From Methanobacteriota archaeon (lineage in GTDB: Archaea; Thermoplasmatota; Poseidoniia; Poseidoniales; Thalassarchaeaceae), in contig JAPOKZ010000004.1 in the NCBI GenBank assembly GCA_029977385.1, positions 1-43,835 of the forward strand: a stretch of DNA of 43,835 nucleotides, in the 5' to 3' direction. This document shows, one piece after another, positions 9,299 to 20,036 of the stretch. Made by a program: the position numbers and the translations under genes. The notes below the pieces were generated by a model. That model saw only the letters and a list, made by a program, of their open reading frames with translations, made no database searches and had not been told where the DNA came from. How positions within the stretch are numbered: position 1 is the first letter of the stretch; every line of letters starts with the position of its first letter.

Positions 9299-10645
9299 AT
9301 GTCAAGGGGAGTAACTGAAGCACAGATTGGAGAATATAGGAAGTCATTCGATTCGGATCCATCGGCCGCTATCGCTCAGAATGCTGTCAGCAACGCCGAT
9401 CTGTCAACCTTGGCTCTTCGGAGAGATCTAGTTCAGAACATGGACTTCTCATTCAGTACAAAGCTGGATGATTGGAGTGCCACAAACCAGAGGAGGAGTG
9501 GTCGATGTTGGCTCTTCGCTACTCTGAACCTATTCAGGGTGGGTGCAATGAAGAAGATGAATGTGAAGAGTTTCGAATTCAGCCAGGCCCATATCCACTT
9601 CTGGGACAAGCTCGAAAGATCCAATCACTTCCTTGAGGCGATACTAGAGACTTCTGACAGACCGGTCGATGACCGAACTATTCACTTTCTACTTAGTGAT
9701 CCAATTGGAGATGGCGGACAGTGGAACATGGCCATGAATCTAATCAGGAAGCACGGACTTGTGCCAATGTCGGCATATCCAGAATCTCACAGCAGTAGCA
9801 GCACCAGATCTATGAATACGGTTCTGAAAGACATCTTGCGAACTACGGCTAGTGAGATTAGGGGTATTCTTGATGGTGGAGGTTCCGAAGATAACGCTAG
9901 AAAGCACAAAGAGGAGAGGATGAAGGAAATTTGGAGAGTTCTTTGCATTCACCTTGGAACCCCTCCAGAGGAGTTCGACTGGCAGTGGAGAGACAAGGAC
10001 AATGAATTCCATAGGAAGGGGACAATGACTCCTCTGGAGTTCGTAGAGGAGTATGTGGAAGTCGATTGGGAGAATTACGTATGTATCGTTAACGATCCCA
10101 GAAACGAGTACTTTAGAACGTACACAGTAGATTTCCTACAGAACGTGTCAGGAGGACCGCCCGTCGTTTATCTCAACGTTCCATCAGATGATATGAAGGA
10201 AATAACACAGAGACTCCTGGAGGATGGAACTCCAGTTTGGATGGGATGTGACGTTGGAAAGAGCATGGCTCGCAAGAGGGGGCTATGGGATGCTGATCTG
10301 TATGACCTGCAAGGATTGTATGGAATTCAATTTGGGATGGATAAGGCAGACCGTTTGAGGTTTGGACAGACAATGATGACCCATGCGATGCTATTCACTG
10401 GAGTTGATGTGGTGGATGGAAAGCCTAGAAGATGGAGGGTTGAGAACTCCTGGGGTACTGAAGATAGTGGAGAGAAGGGTTTCTACACGATGAACGACAA
10501 CTGGTATGACGAGCACATGTTCGAGATAGCCGCACCCAAGGAATTCCTCACTGATGAGATGAAGAGAGGATTGGATAGTGATCCAACTGTTCTCCCTGCT
10601 TGGGACCCAATGGGTTCTCTGGCTAGGGACGAAGGATTACTCTAG
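9299..10645 (+). CDS. pepC: Aminopeptidase C / bleomycin hydrolase (peptidase C1B)
   Basis: TNQRRSGRCWLFA (catalytic Cys), MTHAM (His), WRVENSWG (Asn), C-terminal LPAWDPMGSLA. Confidence 0.95.
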   Translation: MSRGVTEAQIGEYRKSFDSDPSAAIAQNAVSNADLSTLALRRDLVQNMDFSFSTKLDDWSATNQRRSGRCWLFATLNLFRVGAMKKMNVKSFEFSQAHIHFWDKLERSNHFLEAILETSDRPVDDRTIHFLLSDPIGDGGQWNMAMNLIRKHGLVPMSAYPESHSSSSTRSMNTVLKDILRTTASEIRGILDGGGSEDNARKHKEERMKEIWRVLCIHLGTPPEEFDWQWRDKDNEFHRKGTMTPLEFVEEYVEVDWENYVCIVNDPRNEYFRTYTVDFLQNVSGGPPVVYLNVPSDDMKEITQRLLEDGTPVWMGCDVGKSMARKRGLWDADLYDLQGLYGIQFGMDKADRLRFGQTMMTHAMLFTGVDVVDGKPRRWRVENSWGTEDSGEKGFYTMNDNWYDEHMFEIAAPKEFLTDEMKRGLDSDPTVLPAWDPMGSLARDEGLL

Positions 10646-10647
10646 CA

Positions 10648-10977
10648 TCAATCTAGATTCCTTAGAGACAGTTCAATGGTTACCGAGTCTGGAATTGGAA
10701 TTCTCAGGACCTTTCTCAGGGATTTCTCGTCCTTCGCAGTGTTGGTCACTAGTTCAAGGAGCCTCTTATGGACTCTCATCTCCCAGTGGTCCCAGGTCTC
10801 AGATCCCTCTCCATCCGGGCTTTTTCTGCACGGAACGACAAGTCTTCGTGTAGGCAGAGGAATTGGTCCCCTGAGATTTACTCCTGTTTCATCGGAGATT
10901 GCTTTAATCTGCTGGCAGACCAAGTCTACGTCCTGATGGTTGTCGCCGGTCAACTTGATCGTCGTGACAACCGGCAT
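10648..10977 (-). CDS. rpsJ: 30S ribosomal protein uS10
   Basis: GPIPLPT, RKSPDGEGSETWDHWEMRVHKRL (archaeal type). GGTGA SD precedes ATG 10977. Confidence 0.96.
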   Translation of the reverse strand: MPVVTTIKLTGDNHQDVDLVCQQIKAISDETGVNLRGPIPLPTRRLVVPCRKSPDGEGSETWDHWEMRVHKRLLELVTNTAKDEKSLRKVLRIPIPDSVTIELSLRNLD

Positions 10978-10996
10978 TAGTTTCACCAAGGCCGAA

Positions 10997-12280
10997 TTAC
11001 TTCTTCTCAATCTTCATGCAGACGCCTGCGGCCACGGTCTTACCCATGTCTCGAATTGCGAACCTGGATAGTTCGGGGAAAGCGTCCATCTGCTCTATTG
11101 CCATCGGCTTAGTTGGCGCGAAGCGAACTAGAGCGGCATCCCCTGTCTTCAGGAACGCAGGATTGGCCTCCTTGGTTTTCGAGTTCTCAAGAAGCTCTAC
11201 GAATCTGACAGCTACCTGAGCGGTGTGTGCGTGAAATACTGGGGTGTATCCTGCACCAATCGCCTTTGGTATGTCCATGAGCTGAATCTGGCCTACGAAG
11301 GTCTCATCGTGCCTGACGAACATAGGCTCGCTGTCAGCGTAACCCGCGACGTCTCCTCTGCGAATATCGTTAGCAGCTAGACCTCGTACGTTGAAACCGA
11401 CGTTGTCACCTGGCTCTGCCTTTGCATGGCTTGTGTGATGCATCTCGATATCCTTGACCTCTGCAGACTTCTGGCTGGGGTTGAATACGACTGTCTTTCC
11501 TCTCTCAAGGACTCCAGTCTCGACCTTACCGACTGGAACGGTTCCGATTCCGCTGATCTTGTATACGTCCTGGATAGGGAGTCTGAGTGGCCTGTCAGTT
11601 GGCTTTGGAGGCATCTCCACTGCATCGATAGCCTCGAACAGAGTTGGTCCGTTGTACCAAGGAGTGTTGTCGCTCTTGTTGAAGACGTTATCCCCGGCAA
11701 GTGCGCTGCATGGCACGAATGGGATATTTGTAGGGTTGAATCCTGCCATCTTCAGAAGATTGGAAACTTCCTCGACTGCGCTCTTGTACTTGTCCTCTGA
11801 CCAATCCACACCACTGATGTCCATCTTGTTGATGTTGACGATGAGTTCCTTGACTCCAAGCACCTTTGCCAAGAAGGCGTGCTCCTTGGTCTGAGCGTTT
11901 ACACCGTCGTTTGCGGCAACATTCAGAACCGCGGCATCTGCTTGGCTGGTTCCAGTGATCATGTTCTTGACGAAGTCACGGTGACCCGGTGCGTCAATGA
12001 CTGTGAAGTAGTACTTTGGAGTGAAGAATTCCTTGTGAGCGACGTCGATAGTAATCCCCCTCTCCCTTTCCTCCTTCAATCCGTCCATAACGTAGGCAAA
12101 ACCGAAACCGGCCTTTCCTCGCTCTGAAGCTTCCTGCTCGAACTTCTCAATCACGTGTGCCTCTATGTGGCCGCTATCCAGCAACAGTCTTCCGACTGTT
12201 GTCGACTTTCCGTGGTCGACGTGACCTACGAAAACGATATTCAGATGCGGTTTGCTCTTGTCTTCCCATTGTGAACCCAT
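10997..12280 (-). CDS. tuf: Translation elongation factor EF-1alpha
   Basis: [59 protein letters not shown] upstream. Confidence 0.98.
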   Translation of the reverse strand: MGSQWEDKSKPHLNIVFVGHVDHGKSTTVGRLLLDSGHIEAHVIEKFEQEASERGKAGFGFAYVMDGLKEERERGITIDVAHKEFFTPKYYFTVIDAPGHRDFVKNMITGTSQADAAVLNVAANDGVNAQTKEHAFLAKVLGVKELIVNINKMDISGVDWSEDKYKSAVEEVSNLLKMAGFNPTNIPFVPCSALAGDNVFNKSDNTPWYNGPTLFEAIDAVEMPPKPTDRPLRLPIQDVYKISGIGTVPVGKVETGVLERGKTVVFNPSQKSAEVKDIEMHHTSHAKAEPGDNVGFNVRGLAANDIRRGDVAGYADSEPMFVRHDETFVGQIQLMDIPKAIGAGYTPVFHAHTAQVAVRFVELLENSKTKEANPAFLKTGDAALVRFAPTKPMAIEQMDAFPELSRFAIRDMGKTVAAGVCMKIEKK

Positions 12281-12399
12281 TGTTTACACCTCTAAGGTAG
12301 GCCCGCCGACCGAAGAGGTGTATATGAACCGTTCCCCAGTGTTTTCGGTATGCTAGTCTTCAGATTGCTACTATCGGAGTTTCCGTATAATTAGGAAAA

Positions 12400-13593
12400 C
12401 TACCGGTACTGGAGTTCGATCACAAACTCATTAACATTGGTGTTGTGAGTCTCTGCATTCTCTAGGTCCACCGTCCAGTCCCCTGGTAGAAAGCCCCGTA
12501 CGGTAGAGCCCCCTATTACCATCCATACACAGAACTCATCGCTTCCACAGTCTCCGGCATCCCTGTTGTCATTATCAATTCCTGAGGTGTTCGAAACTGG
12601 CTCATCTGTACTGTTGTACATGTACAAATCTAGACGATTATCCGTGGTTTGACCCGGCAGCCCCCCTCCAGGTTGATCTTCATCCTCCTTCGGATAGGAA
12701 AGTTTGGCTCTCATGTATCTTATCCTGTCCTTAGACTCCTGATCGTAGTTGACGGGGTACTCCCAAGTCATTATTACAGGATTTGGTGAGGCTCTGTCAA
12801 TCACGAAGTCCTGCCAAACTCCTCTGTAATTAACGTAAACCATTGACTTGACTGTATCCTCGAAACCGTTGTTGTCCACGACTGTCAACATTACTTCCCA
12901 TGCTCCTGCCGGTCTGGATTCCCACGTGTATGTCTCACCTGTTGCGTCTACGTCATTATCCGTTATTCCGTCGTTATCAGAGTCCGTATAGGTGTCTAGG
13001 TCCCATTTCCATTCGACCAGATATTCTTCAGAGTAACAACTGGAGTCATCCGGATCGCAACCTGCCCATGATTCTGAGCCATCCAAGGTTACGGTTGTTG
13101 AGACCTCTACTTCGCGATCATTGACATCGTTATCATCCTCGCATACCCAAACAATAACCATATTTCCACTAGCAGATGACTCCTCGCCCTCGCAATCATC
13201 ATCTTTACTGGAAGTAATCGCTGCATTGGGCTCTCTTGCAGACGAGTCTACCACAGAAATCGTCTTGCTGGTTGATGCCTCGTGCGTACCGTCTCCTACG
13301 GCTAGTTTTACGACGAAAGTCCCTGGTTGTGCATACGTATGGCTGGTGGTCAAGCCGGTTCCAGTGTTCCCGTCTCCAAAGTCCCATTCGAAGGTTAGGC
13401 CGTCTCCGTCTGGATCCGAGGACCCTGCGGCGCTGAATGTTACCGAATCGCCGGCCTTCACGGTTCCGCTCGGGTCTACTGACATGGTCGCAGTTGGCGG
13501 GCTGTTGCTTCCTATTAGGTCCGTACATCCTGCCAGCATTGGAGTTAGAAATACCATCACCATCAGGCATGCTAGGTCTCTGGTCCTTGCCAT
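12400..13593 (-). CDS. PKD-domain surface lipoprotein
   Basis: Signal peptide with lipobox LAGC, PKD motif SSDPDGDGLTFEWDFGDG...SHTYAQPG, a second PKD-like domain, and DSDNDG acidic loops. Confidence 0.85.
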   Translation of the reverse strand: MARTRDLACLMVMVFLTPMLAGCTDLIGSNSPPTATMSVDPSGTVKAGDSVTFSAAGSSDPDGDGLTFEWDFGDGNTGTGLTTSHTYAQPGTFVVKLAVGDGTHEASTSKTISVVDSSAREPNAAITSSKDDDCEGEESSASGNMVIVWVCEDDNDVNDREVEVSTTVTLDGSESWAGCDPDDSSCYSEEYLVEWKWDLDTYTDSDNDGITDNDVDATGETYTWESRPAGAWEVMLTVVDNNGFEDTVKSMVYVNYRGVWQDFVIDRASPNPVIMTWEYPVNYDQESKDRIRYMRAKLSYPKEDEDQPGGGLPGQTTDNRLDLYMYNSTDEPVSNTSGIDNDNRDAGDCGSDEFCVWMVIGGSTVRGFLPGDWTVDLENAETHNTNVNEFVIELQYR

Positions 13594-13647
13594 TCTGGTG
13601 TCTGGGCCACAGTGAGGTGAAATCAATCCTACGGCTCCTTGGATATT

Positions 13648-16287
13648 CTAGAAATCGAATAAGTTACTCTGTCTATTACCCTTGAGCAGGTTCTTTTCGT
13701 CCCATCCAAAGGCCTCAGTGACTCGTCCTAGTGACTTGGCGAGTCGCTCAGCGTAGTATTTCCTATCATACTCGGGTGGATCCCCTCCTATCTCATCTAC
13801 CAACCATGCCCTTACCCCTAGCTTCTTCTCACCCTCATCAGGCTCAGTTACGATGTATCCTACCTTCATTCCAGGAGTGAACTGTAGACCTTCAGCAATC
13901 CTCTGCTTGGCCGCTCTGACGTAAGGAAGTCCATCCTCATTTTTGTATACACTGAAGTCCCATTCCTCCTTCTTGCTGTTCCACTTCCCTTTGCAGGACC
14001 TACTGATTACAAGTTGAGATGTTTCTACTTCTCCGGCCTTTACTCTATCAATTACAGACTTGGTCATGTCGACAGCACCAATTTCGTTTCCATCCAGTAT
14101 CATCTCGAACATCTGTGTCATCGTATCAGAGAGGAGTTGGAAGGAGTCGGTGCGTCTTACCTCATACCCTCTAATCAGCATCTCCTCTCTGGGCCATACG
14201 ACTCTACCTACGTAGCGCTTCTTCGCTCCGTGGCTGAAGAAGGAGGAGAGCGCGGTTTCGAACTCGAGTTCGGCTCCCTCTCTGGTAAATCGTTCGGCTA
14301 GTGACTTTCCAAACTCGAGGGTCGAGCTCCTTGCTTTCTCCCAACCCTCAAGCTCCACGCCTCCCAGTGGTTTGTTCATGGGGGCCTCTTCCACTGGTGC
14401 GATTACGAAAATTGAGTCGGTGTCGGAATACACCACATCATCTCCATCTTCCTCTACTTTGGATATTATCTCCTTGATGTTATGTCGTGCCCACTCCGTG
14501 ATACTCGCACCGAGGCTCGGATGAGTGAATCTGTAGAAGTTCGATGCGAAGACTCCGTAGAAAGAGTTCATCAAGATCTTTACAGCGTACTGTAACTGAT
14601 CTTGAAGGAAGGCCTCGGCTTCATCACCTTCTTCGTTCGCCTTCTCGAGGGCGGCCTTGTGCCTGTCCCTACTATCCATCAGACCCTGGAGGAGTTGTGG
14701 GACTAGGCCTAGCCTTTCATCCTTGGAGATGTATCTTGTGTTTGTGACTGGCGATACGCTATGAGAATATTCTTCGCTCCCATCACGAACCAAGGTGGTA
14801 GAGCATATGTTGTTAGATATCATTATCGAGGGATACATCGATTTGAAGTCAAGAACTACTACCCAAGGCTTGACTCCCGGATCAACCTCATGCACATAAC
14901 CTCCGGCTATCTTATCCTGCTTCCTTGGGCCTTGGTTAGTATTCGGAACTGCAACACCACTCCTATCCGCTAGCCGAATGACTAGTGAGTCTATCCAACG
15001 GCTAGTTGTACTGGTCGCTGCAATATCTACAGTAGTCAGAGAAACCGATGCTAGAGCCTCCTTCCTAGCTATTGATTTCATCTTCTCCAGAATGTCTAGG
15101 GGCAGCACTGTGTCACGCACACAGTATTCCAGTACCTCATCCGGTCTGGAGGCCCATTCTTCGTCCATCTTGCTGGCATCGATATCCATCTTCTGCATCT
15201 CCTCATCATCGGGCCACAGGAGTTGCGATACATACCTCAGGGACTCTCGCTGAGGCCTTAGGGTCTGTCTTGCCTGCCACCATGCATCGAGAGGAATTCT
15301 GCCCTTTATCGTCCAGGTTCTGTTCTGCTCCCTGTTTGGAAAAATTCTACCTGGCTTCCTCCATCCACGCTTGGTCTCTGCCTCATTTATTGGGACTCTG
15401 CCCCATCCTAGAAGAGTCGCCCGGTCCATCTCAGATTCCGTATCGATATACTCGGACCTCTCCTCCATCCTAGGAAGATCGAAGTTATCGATATTGTAGC
15501 CAGTTATGAAGTCGGGATCCTCTGTTCTGACCACTTCTGTGAGTCGCTCCAATATTTCGGTCTCGGCACCAGTTATCGGGTATTCCTTCCTTTCTCCGTA
15601 TCTGTCCACCACAGCTGCGGCGCATAATATCGTGTTGTCCGCGATACTCGTCTCGAGGTCGAAAGACATGGTGACGAAGGGTGCTGGGAACGGCTCGGTC
15701 CTGCTCAAGCCACTGAGGTCACAAGATATCACCATGTCGAGAGGGTATATTCCCGAGCCTCCAACTTCTTTTATCCTCTTCTCGGCAGTCTCCCGATTGG
15801 TATTCTCGGGAGTCTTTGCTTCCTCGGGAGCCCGATCGCCTGCCCAGAGTACTTCTCCACTCATCGCAATGTGAGGTCCTAGATCTAGATCTAGAAGGAG
15901 CCTCTGAAAAAATAGGATATCCGCACTGGTCACTCTCCATCCTTGCTCGGACAGTGCCTTCCTCACCCCTCTGACCTTAGTGGTGTCTCTGACGTAGACT
16001 CGATAGTGAGGCCTAACGACTCCGTCTTGGGATAGTTTCATTCCACTTGACTCGGGCTCTCCCTGAACGTCCCTCACGGAAGAGACGTTTCCCAGAGACT
16101 CGGGTTCAACTCTGCTGCCATCTGATTTTGGATCAGATATCTCGACATAAGGTCGGAGGCCATTTACTAGGAGCATAGACGAGTGTCCTGATCTAGACCT
16201 ACACCACAGTTCGATTACCGTCTTTGGCTCTTCTGGCCATGCTCTATTATCTCCCGAAACGATGCAGACTTCATCCTCCCACTGCAT
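13648..16287 (-). CDS. polB: Family B DNA polymerase
   Basis: Exo I DLETS, Exo II YNIDNFD, Exo III YCVRD; polymerase motifs DFKSMYPS, KILMNSFYG, YSDTDS; C-terminal PIP box QSNLFDF. GGTGA SD before ATG 16287. Confidence 0.96.
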   Translation of the reverse strand: MQWEDEVCIVSGDNRAWPEEPKTVIELWCRSRSGHSSMLLVNGLRPYVEISDPKSDGSRVEPESLGNVSSVRDVQGEPESSGMKLSQDGVVRPHYRVYVRDTTKVRGVRKALSEQGWRVTSADILFFQRLLLDLDLGPHIAMSGEVLWAGDRAPEEAKTPENTNRETAEKRIKEVGGSGIYPLDMVISCDLSGLSRTEPFPAPFVTMSFDLETSIADNTILCAAAVVDRYGERKEYPITGAETEILERLTEVVRTEDPDFITGYNIDNFDLPRMEERSEYIDTESEMDRATLLGWGRVPINEAETKRGWRKPGRIFPNREQNRTWTIKGRIPLDAWWQARQTLRPQRESLRYVSQLLWPDDEEMQKMDIDASKMDEEWASRPDEVLEYCVRDTVLPLDILEKMKSIARKEALASVSLTTVDIAATSTTSRWIDSLVIRLADRSGVAVPNTNQGPRKQDKIAGGYVHEVDPGVKPWVVVLDFKSMYPSIMISNNICSTTLVRDGSEEYSHSVSPVTNTRYISKDERLGLVPQLLQGLMDSRDRHKAALEKANEEGDEAEAFLQDQLQYAVKILMNSFYGVFASNFYRFTHPSLGASITEWARHNIKEIISKVEEDGDDVVYSDTDSIFVIAPVEEAPMNKPLGGVELEGWEKARSSTLEFGKSLAERFTREGAELEFETALSSFFSHGAKKRYVGRVVWPREEMLIRGYEVRRTDSFQLLSDTMTQMFEMILDGNEIGAVDMTKSVIDRVKAGEVETSQLVISRSCKGKWNSKKEEWDFSVYKNEDGLPYVRAAKQRIAEGLQFTPGMKVGYIVTEPDEGEKKLGVRAWLVDEIGGDPPEYDRKYYAERLAKSLGRVTEAFGWDEKNLLKGNRQSNLFDF

Positions 16288-16425
16288 GACTTCACCCGCA
16301 TTCCGCACTCAGACCGACTGCCTTACCCTACGTAATCGTGAGGGGCCATAACCATGCCGGGGGGGTCTCCAGCGGAACCGTTGAAAGCCGAGGCGGTCCC
16401 CTGCACAATAATCGGGGTGCGCGCG

Positions 16426-17454
16426 ATGACTGAAGACGGTTTTCCAGAGATAGACTGGGACTCACTCACTTTCAGTTTCACGAAAACTGATCGAATGTAC
16501 ATAGCCACCTGTAAGCAAGGCGATGAGTGGGGACCAGGGAAGATGCAGGACTTCCAGAACCTAAGCCTGTCTCCTGCTGCTGGAGTAATCAACTACGGCC
16601 AGGGATTGTTCGAGGGTATGAAGGCACAGTACGCGGCAGACGGTAGCATAGTTCTCTTCCGACCTCTGGACAACGCGAGGAGGTCACAGGACGGCGCACG
16701 AAGGCTCGGGATGACTCCCGTTCCAGAGGATATGTTCCTCGATGCGATAATGCAGACAGTGAAGGAAAACTCCAGATGGGTGCCCCCTATGGGCAAGGGC
16801 GCACTTTACGTCAGACCACTGCTTTTCGGAAGCGGTGCGATACTGGGGGTTGCGCCCGCTCCGGAGTACACATTCCTAGTCTACGTCTCGCCGGTCGGAC
16901 CATACTTCAAGGGCGGAATTACCCCAACCTCGCTAAGAGTCTCGGACGAGTTCCACAGGGCTGCTCCAGGGGGTTCGGGAGGAGTGAAGGCGATAGGCAA
17001 TTACGCTCCTGGGATGGTTCCGTCTCAGATGGCAAAGAGAGAGGGCTACTCGGAGATTATTTACCTCGACGCAGTCAACCACAGGTACATCGAGGAAGTA
17101 GGGGCTGCTAACTTCTTCTGCGTGAAGGATGGGATCATCTCGACACCGGAGCTCACAGGTACGATTCTGCCCGGGGTCACGAGATCGTCGGTGATGGAGC
17201 TGGCTGAGTCAAAGGGCTACGAGGTCAGGGAGGAGAAGATAGACGTTGAGTATGCCATGGAAGCTGACGAGTGCTTCTGCGTTGGGACTGCAGCGGTCAT
17301 CTCATCGATAGGAACGATAGAGCATGGAGACAGAGTGGTCGAGTACTGCGGAGGAGAAGTAGGGCCAATCGCGATGGAGCTCTACCAATCGCTGACCGAG
17401 ATACAGCAGAGACGGGCTCCCGACGAGTTCGGCTGGACTGTGACAGTGGAATAG
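16426..17454 (+). CDS. ilvE: Branched-chain amino acid aminotransferase
   Basis: NYGQGLFEGMKA, LYVRP, KAIGNY (PLP lysine), EEVGAANFF, ILPGVTR, GTAAVI. Confidence 0.95.
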   Translation: MTEDGFPEIDWDSLTFSFTKTDRMYIATCKQGDEWGPGKMQDFQNLSLSPAAGVINYGQGLFEGMKAQYAADGSIVLFRPLDNARRSQDGARRLGMTPVPEDMFLDAIMQTVKENSRWVPPMGKGALYVRPLLFGSGAILGVAPAPEYTFLVYVSPVGPYFKGGITPTSLRVSDEFHRAAPGGSGGVKAIGNYAPGMVPSQMAKREGYSEIIYLDAVNHRYIEEVGAANFFCVKDGIISTPELTGTILPGVTRSSVMELAESKGYEVREEKIDVEYAMEADECFCVGTAAVISSIGTIEHGDRVVEYCGGEVGPIAMELYQSLTEIQQRRAPDEFGWTVTVE

Positions 17455-17458
17455 GTCA

Positions 17459-17860
17459 CTAAGTCTTCAATACCATTCCCCTTGAGCGAGGGAGCGAGGG
17501 CTCGAACCCCCACCTCTCGTAGAATCCGTCCACATCTGCCATGAGATTGATGTATGATCTGGGAGGAGCCTCTTCAAGCAGATATCTCATAATTGAATCC
17601 ATGATCATAGTCCCCCCGCCATTTTTCTGAAAACTCTCAATCACCATCATATCACAAATCACGAAAATAGTACCGCCATCACCGACCACTCTTCCCATTC
17701 CGACGATTTCATCTGATTCCTCCAACTTGAGGATGACTGAGAATAGTTCCTGCCCAAGTCCCTTGGTAGCCCCTCTAACAGATCTGGGTCTCATCCCTGC
17801 TCCAGCCCTGAGTCTGAGGAAGGTCTCAACGTCTGGAGCTGCCTCTTCGATCTTGAACAA
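17459..17860 (-). CDS. GNAT-family N-acetyltransferase
   Basis: VGMGRVVGDG, acetyl-CoA loop FQKNGGGT, FYERWGF. TTG start. Confidence 0.88.
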   Translation of the reverse strand: MFKIEEAAPDVETFLRLRAGAGMRPRSVRGATKGLGQELFSVILKLEESDEIVGMGRVVGDGGTIFVICDMMVIESFQKNGGGTMIMDSIMRYLLEEAPPRSYINLMADVDGFYERWGFEPSLPRSRGMVLKT

Positions 17861-17864
17861 GACT

Positions 17865-18305
17865 TCACTTCCGGCCGAACTTCTTCTTCCTCTGTGTGCT
17901 CTTTCTGTGCTTGAACGACTTCCTCTGGGCTCTTCTCCTTCTATCTCCCTTAGCTGGACCTCTGGATGTTTCCTTGCCCTGCTCCTTAGCCTCCTTGGAT
18001 CTCCTGTTGAGTGCTGAACCTATTGCCTTCATGGCTCCTTCCTTACTAGAAGTCCCAGTTACTTCGAAGACGTGACTTGGGGGCATAACCAACCTACCTT
18101 CCTTGGCATGAGGCCTAGATGGATGGCTTGCCTCTGGCTCCTGTCTCATCTTCCTTATTCCTGCACTGCGAGCAGCCCAAACTACCGATTCCAGAGTAGG
18201 TTTCGAGATACTTGCCTGCTTGGAGACCCGCCTCCCATTCGAACGACTGAGCCTAGCGTCGAAGTAACCAGTCCACAGGGTCATCTCGTCCCGCTTTGCC
18301 GCCAT
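17865..18305 (-). CDS. srp19: Signal recognition particle protein SRP19 with a basic C-terminal tail
   Basis: LWTGYFDARLSRSNGRRVSK...KPTLE...HPS...EGRL. Located next to eS8. Confidence 0.88.
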   Translation of the reverse strand: MAAKRDEMTLWTGYFDARLSRSNGRRVSKQASISKPTLESVVWAARSAGIRKMRQEPEASHPSRPHAKEGRLVMPPSHVFEVTGTSSKEGAMKAIGSALNRRSKEAKEQGKETSRGPAKGDRRRRAQRKSFKHRKSTQRKKKFGRK

Positions 18306-18353
18306 ACTAACACGCTACCCCTGAGTGACGTGTGACTTGAGGGCTTCGTGCGC

Positions 18354-18746
18354 TCATTCTTCAACGAGGACGCCGCTGACTACTCCATGCATACCCGGCC
18401 TGCTAGTTACTCTGACTAGGCCCTGATCCGTTTCCAGAACCGCACCCTTAGTCACGATGTTCCTTCTGATGTAGTTTGGATCCGCATCGTTACCAACTAC
18501 GTTCTTGACAGTGGCCCTTACGGTCTTACCATCCTTCGTGTTGACGTTGACCTGATTGACTGAGAGGGTTCGAACAGTCTGTGATCCAGCCCTCTTTCGA
18601 TAGTTCTTGCGAGCGTCGGACTCACCCACGTATGCTAGTTGCTCCTCGCTAGCGACCTCCGTCCTCCTCTTGCCCCTGTATCTATTCGGACGCTTCAAGC
18701 GTCCACCTGTAGGCTTTCTGCGAGAAATGCCATGCCACTTCGCCAT
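18354..18746 (-). CDS. rps8e: 30S ribosomal protein eS8
   Basis: SRRKPTGGR, NYIRRNIVTKGAVLET, RVTSRPGMHGVVSGVL. Confidence 0.96.
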   Translation of the reverse strand: MAKWHGISRRKPTGGRLKRPNRYRGKRRTEVASEEQLAYVGESDARKNYRKRAGSQTVRTLSVNQVNVNTKDGKTVRATVKNVVGNDADPNYIRRNIVTKGAVLETDQGLVRVTSRPGMHGVVSGVLVEE

Positions 18747-18798
18747 GCGTCCCGCCGACCTACCAGCCTTATTTCAAACGATTGGAGTCGTAATTGGC

Positions 18799-19422
18799 TC
18801 AATTCCATAGCTCGCCGAGGTCAGTAGCGGCTGACTCTATGGCATTAATCAGCTCCGAATAATCTCTTGCAACAGGGAATTGTGGAAACTCGTCAATCAC
18901 ATTTTCAGGGGGGTTAAACAGAATACCGGCGCTGGAAGAGGATAGCATGGAAGTATCATTGTATGAGTCTCCTGCCGATATGACATGGTAGTTCATCTCG
19001 ATTAACGACTCGACTGTCTTTCTCTTGTGGTCATCGCACCTAATGTTCCAGTCCTCGATCCTACCGGTTTCGTCTATCGACAGAGTATGACATAGGAGCG
19101 TGGGATTCCCCAACTTTTCCATCATCGGCTTAGCGAACTGAGAGAAAGTATCTGACAGGATAAGTGTAGGCCATCGGGACTCTAGGGATTCGAGGAACTC
19201 TATTGCACCCCCCATTGGCTCCATAGATCCAATTGTTGATGTTATGTCATCTATCTTGATGTCATTTTGATCAAGGATTCCGAGTCTGTAGCTCATCAGA
19301 CGATCGTAGTCTGGCTCGTCCCTGGTTGTCCTAGTTAGTGCGCTTATTCCTGTCCTCTCGGCTACATTAATCCAAATCTCTGGGATAAGTACTCCCTCGA
19401 GGTCCAGGCAGATGGCAAGCAT
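18799..19422 (-). CDS. thrH: Bifunctional phosphoserine phosphatase/homoserine phosphotransferase ThrH
   Basis: CLDLEGVLIPEIWINVAE, TTRDEPDYD, ILSDTF, AGDSYNDTSML, EFPQFP. Confidence 0.93.
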   Translation of the reverse strand: MLAICLDLEGVLIPEIWINVAERTGISALTRTTRDEPDYDRLMSYRLGILDQNDIKIDDITSTIGSMEPMGGAIEFLESLESRWPTLILSDTFSQFAKPMMEKLGNPTLLCHTLSIDETGRIEDWNIRCDDHKRKTVESLIEMNYHVISAGDSYNDTSMLSSSSAGILFNPPENVIDEFPQFPVARDYSELINAIESAATDLGELWN

Positions 19423-19496
19423 CGAACTGCGCTGCGGGCGCTGCGCTTCAACTGTGCGCTCGACATGTTCTTGCGGCTACCTGTGCTCGGCTATTC

Positions 19497-19997
19497 ATGG
19501 TCGACAAGAGGCTTAGGAGGAGAACTCCGGTCAGACTCAAGCAGATTCGTGGGGTTGCCGAGGAGATTGGGAATTGGCTGGAAGGAGAAGTAGACCTTAC
19601 AGGATTCCTAGAACAGGCCCACTATCAGGAGACAGATCTGATCCTGGTGGATAGGACCCCCCTGGCCATGCGAATTGAGATACGAGGGAAGATGGGGTGG
19701 TTTCCCACACTGAGAGGAATTTCTGCATGGAACGTCGAGAGATCTTGGGTCGCGGTAGACGGGGGAGCTATTCCATTTCTCAGGAACGGAGCGGACTGCA
19801 TGGGAGCGGGCATCCACATAGCGGACCCATCCCTAGGAGAGGGAGACTTCGTTTGGATAAGGGATCAAGAGACTGGAGAGCCGATAGCAACTGGAACGGC
19901 AATTGTGGATGGAGAGGAGATGATGTCGATGACCAAGGGGAAGGCGATTTCGACTATCCATTGGGTTGGCGATGACCTCTGGAATCTTGAAGTCTGA
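19497..19997 (+). CDS. PUA-domain RNA-binding protein (MCT-1-like)
   Basis: FPTLRG, VAVDGGAIPFLRNGADCMGAGI, KGKAISTIHWVGDDLW. Confidence 0.88.
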   Translation: MVDKRLRRRTPVRLKQIRGVAEEIGNWLEGEVDLTGFLEQAHYQETDLILVDRTPLAMRIEIRGKMGWFPTLRGISAWNVERSWVAVDGGAIPFLRNGADCMGAGIHIADPSLGEGDFVWIRDQETGEPIATGTAIVDGEEMMSMTKGKAISTIHWVGDDLWNLEV

Positions 19998-20036
19998 GTG
20001 GTCAGCATTCATTTGCAATGAGATATACGGCAAAAC

